The notes under the pieces: generated by a model | What the model was told of the DNA's origin: nothing | What the model saw: the letters and a program-made list of their open reading frames with translations, nothing else | The model's database searches: none | Shown: positions 54,676 through 64,000 of the stretch, piece by piece | Position numbering within the stretch: the first letter of the stretch is position 1 | Layout: each line of letters starts with the position of its first letter | Source: Octopus vulgaris | Taxonomy: Eukaryota | Assembly (NCBI GenBank): GCA_951406725.2 | Contig: OX597834.1 | Span: 8,990,001-9,054,000 of the forward strand | Direction: 5' to 3' | Length of the DNA stretch: 64,000 nt | Made by a program: the position numbers and the translations under genes

Positions 54676-55099
54676 AGATCTTTTCGGTTTGAAGGGCAGT
54701 TTTTTTCTACCGGTGTCATGTGAAATTGTCACCCATAATTATGACCCTAGTATTGGTCTATTGCATTTCAATATGTTTTAGTGTTAGTGTTGGTTAGGGG
54801 TGGGGGGAAGGGTATCTTTTACTCTTCACAAAATGTAAATAAACCCAATCAGTTTCTTAAACGAGGGACATACTCATACGGCACAGAATGTTTTTGAACT
54901 CAATAGACGTCACTGAATGGTTGAAATTGCAGAAGTTGATGAAAAAAAACAACAAATATCTTACAAACTATAGAATTTTCTCAATAAAGCCAAGAGAAAA
55001 AGATGTTTTATAAACGCATTCTACCAGTATACGAAGTTTAAAAGTGTTTAGTTACGTGGAAACTATTTTAAACAACTGCCGTTCAAACTGAAATGATCC
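54676..55099. mobile_element. MITE with ~26-bp TIRs and a near-perfect 8-bp TSD
   Basis: agatcttttcggtttgaagggcagtt / aactgccgttcaaactgaaatgatcc; flanks cagtaata / cagtaatc. Confidence 0.75.
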
Positions 55100-55802
55100 C
55101 AGTAATCTTCCAAGAAACAAATTGGAAAAGCTTTACTGTAGTAACTATACTGAGGAGTAATTTTTTTATGGTAGGAGTTCGCTCCCTTGTTTGTAATATA
55201 GCCGAATAAACAGATGGGGAACGAATCATCCTAGGGTTAAAACTGTACTGACGTCAGTTCCTACAGAAGAGCCATGTAGAAGTGTCGATAAACATTACTC
55301 CCCAGTATAGTTACTATTTTCATCTCTCGTTGACATTTTCTAATTTGCTAATTGCTCCTATTTTATACTTATTTTTTCATCTGATATTTCTGAAATTCTA
55401 AGATGTAATAACTTAAAGCAAGCCAACCGTAAAGTATGAAGTGTCTAACTCGCACACGAGCGCAAGCATAAACATGCACACGTGTACATACACACATAGA
55501 CACACATATAAACAGACGCATGCACTCATGCATTCTCTCTCTCCCTCTCACACACTCCTTTAACAAAAACACGGATGTGACGTTCTAAACCGTTGCCATC
55601 TAGTAAATTTATTCACAAGACCGCCATCGGCCAATGGGCTTGATGAATACCTCCGTCCAACAACTCCGCCCCACGGCGCTGCAGAATGGTACCCTTCCAT
55701 CTCAGTTACACAGTGAATACATTAACAAATCCCTATTTCCAGGGACATAGGTCTAATTCCTATAAAATATAAAGGGCACTTATGAGCATATATATTCCTG
55801 TA

Positions 55803-56039
55803 TTTTATCTGTTTCACTCATATGAATGCAACCATGCTGGAGCACTGCTTTGGAGCGTTTCAGTCGAACAGATCAAGCCCCTGAACTTATTTCCTAAGGT
55901 AGCACTTATTCTATCTGTTCTCTTTCGCCGAACGACTACGTTACAGTTATACAAACACACCGACACCGGTTGTCAGGCGGTTATTGTAAGACATCCACAT
56001 ACACAGACACATAATCATATATATATTTATATACATACA

Positions 56040-56099
<60 letters not shown>

Positions 56100-56268
56100 T
56101 GTATACACGCACTCGAATGGTTTCTTTCAGTTTCCGTCTACGAAATCCACTCGCAAGATTTTGGTCGGCCAGAAGCTATAGTAGAAGACAACTCTAAGGT
56201 ACCACGTTGTGGGACTGAACCTGGAACCATGTTGTTGAGAAGCAACTTCTTGCCACTCAGCCACGCCT
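55803..56268 (-). mobile_element. Family-A SINE
   Basis: gggactgaacctggaaccatg; tttcagtttccgtctac; internal (TA)n. Confidence 0.75.
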
Positions 56269-56277
56269 ACACCAATG

Positions 56278-56315
<38 letters not shown>

Positions 56316-58542
56316 TATAAGTATTTATGTAGTGAAGATAACTATTGAATTTGTGAAAAACAAAAAGAACAATTTAAGGCGTATATATATAATAATGAAC
56401 ATATATTACATCAGTGTGGAATATGTTATTTGCTTTAAACCTATTTTATGGCGCACTCTAGTGGTTTGCAGCTTTCCAATACAATCTATGTATTTTGATA
56501 GCCATATACTTATACATACACGCATACATACATATATGCATGAGTACATACATACGTCTTTACATAACTAACTACCTACATACATACATACATACATATA
56601 TATATACGTGTGTATTCGTACGTGTGTGTCTGCGTGTGTTTGTCTGTTTGTGTGCATAACCATTAGATACATAAACAGCAATTTTTCTGTTGAAGAAGAA
56701 AACATTTTCGACCTTGAGTTGACAACCGATATTTACAGTGGTTAAGGACGACTGAGGTTGGGGCGATGCTGCCAAACTCCCAACAACCATAAAAACTTAC
56801 AAATGGTGGTCCATTTCAAAGAGTGAGAATCGATAAAAGGTGTTTGTTATTCATTGAAGTAGAGTGTGTTATAGTGAACTGGTAATAAATGGAGCGGTAT
56901 TATTGGTTGGTATGGTGTTTTCATGTTATGATAGATTTAATGGCGGCGGCGGTGGTGATGTTGATGTTTGAGTCGGAAGTATCTGTATGTAAACTCTGTG
57001 TGTATGTTTGTGTGTGTGTGTTTTCCTGACTTGTTTCCATTGTACGGTTCTGTAAAGGACGATTTCTTAGTGAGGTGTAATATTCCAGAATAGAGATAGT
57101 GATACTGGTTGTAACGATTTATGGCGGTGCTTCTAATGGAGTTTGTGACTGTAATGTTGATGTTTATATATACGTATATAGATATGTGTGCGTGTGTGTA
57201 TGTTTTAAGTATGTATTTATATATGTTTACCTCAAGATATATATATATAGAGAGAGAGAGGAGAGAGAGATAAATAGATAGATATGCATATACATACACA
57301 CACGTATATATATATATATATATATATACACACAGATACATACATACATATATATAGAGAGATAGCTAGCTAGATAGATAGATATGCATATACATGCACA
57401 CGAATAAATATATATGTATATATATATATATAAGAGAGAGAGAGATAGAGATAGTGAGAGCAGATAGGACAGTGCATGAAAGATCCATATATACGTAAGG
57501 TAAATTTTATATACGAATGTGAAGGGGTACTCTAGTGTATGCAAATGCCTATTTTTATGTGCCGAGTGATGTAGTTCCTTTTTTTTTCTAGATGCTAATT
57601 AGATTCAAGTGCTGGACTGGCAATCCTGTTATCACCCTTTGCTGCGTCAAAAAGTTTAAGTGGATTCTGGAGGACCATTATTTAGTGTGTTGGAGTGTTT
57701 GCGTGCACAATGTTCTGTTAATGTGAATTACCATATAATATGAATACAGGTTTAATGTCCTATAAATTTTTACTCCCCTTTTTCATCCTGCTAAAATGTT
57801 ACATTAGCGGGTTTTGGCTTCAATATCGTTGTAGGGAGAGAAAATCAACTGCTGTGTTCCTTTCGCAGGGTATTTGAAACTGGTGGGAAAATAGAGAATT
57901 TTTCTTTAAATGGGATAATTTTTCCTCTGAATTTTTGCAACAACTTAGACTCCACTAATCAGATTAAAAATCGAGTTGAATATTTTAAAACTAAAGGTTA
58001 ATCTAACACTTCCAGTCATCTACATACTTCTTCATTACACAGTATAGTAGCTTATATGTTGTGAATTATTATTTTGCATTCCGTATATACATTGGCAGCT
58101 AAAAGGTTATCATTTTATGAAATATATTGATCTACATTATGCTAAGTACTGCTCAGACTGTCCATGATTATTGACAACGATCACTGCTATAATAATATAT
58201 ACGGAACCAGTAGGCAATTAAAACATCCATCAATGTCTCATAAAGTATATACATCGTTGAAAGGTAATTTTCTGAGACTTGGAAACAAACAGCACAATGT
58301 CTGATGTATACTTCGTTTTCAAAAAATTGTAACGTGATTTAAAGGATATTTCGCTTCGTTTTCAAGGAGGGCTAGCTTAAAATGTCGTTATGGATATTTT
58401 ATGATTGCTCATTAATTACTATTTAAAGAAGTATAAGCGTTATATTTCGTAAATGAATATTTCTGTAACGTTGTACAATTCTGTGAAGTAGTAGCGATGA
58501 GATAAGTTTAAAACTTTAGCAGTTTGGCGCCGGAGTGGCTAT

Positions 58543-58705
58543 AGGCGCAGGAGTGGCTGTGTGGTAAGTAGCTTGCTAACCAGCCACATGGCTCCGGGTT
58601 CAGTCCCACTGCGTGGCATCTTGGGCAAGTCTCTTCTGCTATAGCCCCGGCCCGACCAAACCTTCTGAGTGGATTTGGTAGACGGAAACTGAAAGAAGCA
58701 TGTCG

Positions 58706-58756
<51 letters not shown>

Positions 58757-58923
58757 CTGTGTCTGTGTTTGTTCCCCTAGCATTGCTTGACAACCGATGC
58801 TGCTGTGTTTAAGTTCCCGTCACCTAGCGGTTCGGCAAAAGAATAAGTCCCAGGGTCGATTTGCTCGACTAAAGGTGATGCTCCAGCATGGCCGCAGTGA
58901 AATGACTGAAACAAGTAAAAGAG
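58543..58923 (+). mobile_element. Family-A SINE
   Basis: aggcgcaggagtggctgtgtggtaagtagc...gactgaaacaagtaaaag; 15-bp copy of its 5' end just upstream (58526-58540). Confidence 0.85.
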
Positions 58924-60383
58924 TTATAAATTGAGCAACTCATTTTCAATGCAATTATCGTCTGACTATTGCTGCTGTTATTTACTCTTCAATTGGTAAG
59001 TATTGAACAGATATAGACTTAAGACATCCCAGACGTGGCCTTCCGTTTTACTTTATAAATAATCGTAGGTATTATATATGCCCCTCCCTAATTCTTATGA
59101 CGGCGGAGATATTTGTCTATCATTTATCATCTTAGGAAGTATCGTTAGCGATTATATGTAACGTGTGGTTTTCCCTCAGCTTGGTCCTATACAGTCAGAC
59201 CACTGATTTAAACCATTCCAGCAATGTCCGTCACTTGTTTTGGGTTTTGCTTTTTCCTGTGTATAGGGAACAAGGGACCTTATAACACAAAAGAAAATAA
59301 AGAAATTAGTAGTGCTTCATTTTCTGTAGATTTGGTTGTTATTTGTAGTTCCTCATCGACTTTTCTCAATCATAGCATTGAGCTGCCATCACTATCAAAA
59401 TTTTAACGATGTAAGATTAGTCTGTAAGATTGAATGCGAGGTAGCTCTTTGCGAGAAAACCGAATTCAAAAAACTTAAACTTGATGTACTAAAATCTTCA
59501 AAATACGAATAAATTCACCCCAAAATTTGAAATATTTTACAGGAAATATGAAAACCAACTCCAAGAATCCAGCAATTACTAGAAGTTTTCAATAGAATTT
59601 TATTTTAGAAACATACTGTAACATATTTACATACTTTTATTATCGTATGTCACAATAACTGGTTTAATATAAAAAATTGGTCTTAAAAATATTTACATTT
59701 TAAAAATGGGATTTATTTGAGAAATATAATGCAATAAATCTTTTGATTACGCGACGTCAGAATAACTATTTTCGGGGGAAATGATAAAAGAAAAACTTAA
59801 GAAGTATTTATTTTCAGTTTTCAACGGAGTTTATTTTAGATATATATAACATTAATTTTAATTTATTATACTACATTAAGATGACAAAGGATGCTGGGTG
59901 TAAAGAACATTTTGCATACTACATATGGAAATAAAAAATAACACTGAAAATGTGTTGTAGGTATAAAATCTCGAAGACTAAACGTGATCATAAATAGTTT
60001 ATATATCGAATACGTTTGTTCATTAAATGTTTTCGTTATTGAATATATTCCTTGTAACTCCTTCATTTTCTGTTTATACAAATGCAAAAATATCGAACAC
60101 AGGCTCGACCACTTGCTTATCTTTGAATTTGCTTTTAGTTTTCTTTTTTTTTTTTGCATTATATCAATATATAAAATGTGGTCATTTAATCGTTTGGTTT
60201 GTTTCCGTTTCAAATGAATGAATGAAAGAAAGAAGGAGTTAATCTATTCATGACAGAATTTGAATAATGAATTATTCAGTAAATGAACTATTTAAGCCTT
60301 CGATTATGCGTTTGATACTGTCTAAATGCAAGACGCTCTCTACTGCTGCTGCTGCTGCAACCACCACCACCACCACCACCACC

Positions 60384-60421
<38 letters not shown>

Positions 60422-60766
60422 ATGCTAGACATATCTCGTTTGCTTTTGAAATGCTAATGCGACATAATAAAAGAAAATACTTTCTAATAAAACTCCTTTC
60501 AGAGCAGTAAATATATATCTTTTAAGATTGTTCTCCTAAATCATTTTACACTAAGATATTTAAAATTTCGCAGAAGTTAGAATTCGATCTTCCAATATTT
60601 CGACTATAATTAAGCTCGGTGATAACAAACTATGAATACAAAATCCCAATCATTTGTGGTCATTCATTCCAAACATGTTATTACAGCAATGACGCCCGCT
60701 TTTTTTTTTTTTTTTTACGAGGTCTCGAGCACAGCTTGTGGAATGTCGTCAAGCTTTTTCATTGCT

Positions 60767-62096
60767 CCACAAGGGGCTAAACACAGAGGGGACAAACAAG
60801 GACAGACAAACGGATTAAGACGATTACATCTACCCCAGTGCGTAACTGGTACTTAATTTATCGACCCCCCGAAAGGATGAAAGGCAAGTCGACGTCGGCG
60901 GAATTTGAACTCAGAACGTAGCGGCAGGCAAAATTCCTATTTATTTACTACCCACAAGGGGCTAAACACAGAGGGGACAAACAAGGACAGACAAACGGAT
61001 TAAGACGATTACATCTACCCCAGTGCGTAACTGGTACTTAATTTATCGACCCCCCGAAAGGATGAAAGGCAAAGTCGACGGCGGCGGAATTTGAACTCAG
61101 AACGTAGCGGCAGGCAAAATTCCTATTTATTTACTACCCACAAGGGGCTAAACACGGAGAGGAAAACACGGACAGACAAACGGATTAAGTCGATTACATC
61201 GACCCCAGTGCGTAACTGGTACTTAATTTATCGACCCCCGAAAGGATGAAAGGCAAAGTCGTCGGCGGAATTTGAACTCAGAACGTAGCGGCAGGCAAAA
61301 TTCCTATTTATTTACTACCCACAAGGGGCTAAACACGGAGAGGACAAACACGGACAGACAAACGGATTAAGTCGATTACATCGACCCCAGTGCGTAACTG
61401 GTACTTAATTTATCGACCCCCCGAAAGGATGAAAGGCAAAGTCGACGTCGGCGGAATTTGAACTCAGAACGTAGCGGCAGGCAAAATTCCTATTTATTTA
61501 CTACCCACAAGGGGCTAAACACGGAGAGGACAAACACGGAGAGACAAACGGATTAAGACGATTACATCGACCCCAGTGCGTAACTGGTACTTAATTTATC
61601 GACCCCCGAAAGGATGAAAGGCAAAGTCGACGTCGGCGGAATTTGAACTCAGAACGTAGCGGCAGGCAATATTCCTATTTATTTACTACCCACAAGGGGC
61701 TAAACACGGAGAGGACAAACACGGACAGACAAACGGATTAAGACGATTACATCGACTACAGTGCGTAACTGGTACTTAATTGAATCGACCCCCGAAAGGA
61801 TGAAAGGCAAAGTCGACGTCGGCGGAATTTGTACTCAGAACGTAGCGGCAGGCAAAATTCCTATTTATTTACTACCCACAAGGGGCTAAACACGGAGAGG
61901 ACAAACACGGACAGACAAACGACGGATTAAGTCGATTACATCGACTACAGTGCGTAACTGGTACTTATTGAATCGACCCTGAAAGGATGAAAGGCAAAGT
62001 CGACCTCGGCGGAATTTGTACTCAGAACGTAACGACAGACGAAATACGGCTATGTATTTCGCCCGGTGTGCGAAGGTTTCTGCCAGCTCACCACCA
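60767..62096 (-). repeat. Tandem array of 7 SINE-derived units (181-186 bp), ending in one complete family-B SINE
   Basis: ccacaagggg at 60767, 60952, 61138, 61319, 61505, 61690 and 61876; only the last unit has the A-box head (to 62096). Confidence 0.95.
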
Positions 62097-62099
62097 ATC

Positions 62100-62470
62100 A
62101 TTCTGTTCAAGAATTAGGATCCACATCGTCCGTGCAACGGCACCAGACTGTTGGTGAACGCGATTCGACCCCATGACCTAGAGGCAACAATTATGACTGA
62201 GAATTATAAGGGTGAGGATGTCTTCATTCCAGGGAACCTATGAACCCCATATATCCTCCCATTTGAATTTAAACGGTTCCGGTTCCAAGTGAAACTAAGT
62301 TGAGCTATGTCAATAAACACGTCTCAAGGACAATCTCTCGAGTTTGTTGGACTTCACTTTGCTTCTCTCATGGTTGTTCGCGACCTGGAATTTCCCACAA
62401 TCTTTTCATGTATACACCAATTAAAGGACACACTCAAAATATTATACATTTAGAATCTCTACGAAAATTA
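62100..62470 (+). pseudogene. Helitron RepHel PIF1-helicase C-terminal fragment
   Basis: KN*DPHRPCNGTRLLV..EATIMT..KGEDVFIP..LPFEFKRFRFQVKLS*AMSINTSQGQSL..CFSHG..CSR..TQNII. Confidence 0.9.
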
Positions 62471-62566
62471 AACTCGGCGGAATTTGAACTCAGAACGTAA
62501 CGGCAGACGAAATACGGCTACGTATTTCGCCAAGCGTGCTAAAGTTTCTGCAAGCTCGCCGCCTTC
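62470..62566 (-). mobile_element. 5' half of a family-B SINE
   Basis: ctcggcggaatttgaactcagaacg...gctcgccgccttc. Confidence 0.75.
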
Positions 62567-64000
62567 AAAAGTAATATACCATCATGCTTGAGTCCCCTCG
62601 CACTTGGTAGTGTTTTTCCATTATTTTTACGCCATGATGAAAGGGTTCACCTTGTTTTTCCTAGCATCACGCAGGTTATCTGGAAATTCATCCAAGAGAC
62701 TGTGTAAGTATGCAATTTAATATTCATTCTACATCCAAGTGCTTGCAAACTCAAAGAGTAGAGATTACACGATCTCCTGATAGTTGGCAGCTTTCCTGTT
62801 CCTAAGGAAATTCGCACCTCATCAGAAAAGACGGTGCTAACTCTGGCCCCCTAGCACGCATTCTTGTAGCAAAATGTGGATCATTGAGGAGTGTTCTTAT
62901 TGGCGATCAATCAATTATACTTGCTTTCTTCTTCTTTTTCTTCTTCTCCTCCTTCTTGTTGTTCTTGTTGTTCTTCTCTTCCTCCTTCTTCTTCTCAATA
63001 TACTTGCCTTTTTCTCCTTCTTGTTCTTCTTTTTCTCCTTCTTCATCTTCCTTTTCTCCTTCTTCTTCAACTTCTTTTTCTCCTTCTTCTTCTTATCAGC
63101 GTGACTTCGAAAGATTGTACATGTCACCGCAGTGATCAAGAGGTTTCATGAAAAATCTTCCCCACACCAAGATTTACGTGTTGTGGGAGGGAGACGATCT
63201 TTTCCTATCAACAAGAGAATCATTAACGATATTCCTCTCACTCGGCGTGAAACCATTGTCTTTTTAAGCCAGCAATCATTTGTAGCTCTACTGTTCCAGT
63301 TGGACAGGAAACAAGGATACTTGATATAACATTCTTACTGGCCCGGTAGAAGGTTTACCATTTTCAAATCAACACAATTTATCCATCCATTAACATGATA
63401 TTGCAAACATTCCAGAACAGTCTTGATGTTGGTATACTCCTCTTTAATTTTTTATCGAGTGCCCTGTGGTGATTGAACCATACAAATTCCTGTTGTGAAG
63501 TAAAAACACATTTCAAGATGCTTTTAGAGCTGTCAATAAATGCCTCCTCTCACATGAATCACATGCCTTCATTCTAATATTGAGTAGAAGCACTTCAACA
63601 TCATTACAATAAACAAGCTGACTTTTTAATAGAAATCCTTTCACAGTTTTGCTTCTCTTTTGCGACAAATGGTTACATAAATCCCAGGTTTCAGTAGTCT
63701 ATCCTCTTGCAACCTGGAAGCTAACAATTCAACAGCGCTTGTTACCTAATATAAATCCGGGGTCAGAGCATTGAATTCAAGCTGACTAAAAAGAGACAAA
63801 TTATCACAGTCTGTACGAGATGACGTAAACATTTTATCTTCATGAGTCGTAGGTAAATTGAGAGCTTCATCATCAGTCTGTAGCTGCTCAATAAATACAG
63901 GCAGAAGTATGTCCTCGATGTGTGTGCAATAGGTCGACGGCTATATGTGATTATCTGGGTATTGCAAGTGTTATTTGGTGTTTGCATTCAAACCATTTAC
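62567..64000 (-). pseudogene. Chapaev3 (CMC superfamily) transposase remnant
   Basis: LVYCNDV, FIDSSKSILKCV, KEEYTNIKTVL, CVDLKMV, KYPCFL, NFLRNRKAANYQEIV, ALGCRMNIK, LDEFPDNL, QGEPFHH..MEKHYQ..SMM; (TTC)n insertion at 62925-63095. Confidence 0.85.

Noticed and set aside
56795-56890. Minus-strand AG...GTAAGT candidate exon
   Set aside because: Stop codons in all three frames and no supporting neighbouring exons.
60767-62096. CRISPR-like array or hammerhead retrozyme
   Set aside because: Units are near-identical throughout (no unique spacers), and I found no hammerhead core on either strand.

Overview
AT-rich, repeat-dense eukaryotic DNA with no intact protein-coding gene. The SINE families and the microsatellite load resemble those of a coleoid cephalopod such as Octopus (inference). 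The window is intronic or intergenic, and nearly all long ORFs in the track are microsatellite or trinucleotide artefacts. It contains many tRNA-derived SINEs of three types, MITEs (Tc1/mariner, hAT, piggyBac-like, Helitron) and decayed coding remnants (Gypsy RT, RTE, R4-clade non-LTR, mariner, Chapaev3, Helitron PIF1 helicase, hATm-like, a FEN1/XPG-type nuclease, a ZNFX1/UPF1-like helicase). Four standouts: (1) a young 2.92-kb palindromic Merlin-type element (1288-4207) with two near-identical 1.3-kb inverted arms, GGTAC termini and a perfect 8-bp TSD; each arm carries an outward-facing Merlin transposase fragment and the same retroposon insertion, so it appears built from two copies of one element end; (2) a minimal type-I hammerhead ribozyme with a G3-C8 swapped core (54041-54089); (3) a 7-unit ~185-bp tandem array grown from a SINE (60767-62096); (4) a homogeneous 34-bp minisatellite born from microsatellite sequence (17083-19060). 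All family assignments are by eye; no database searches were run.
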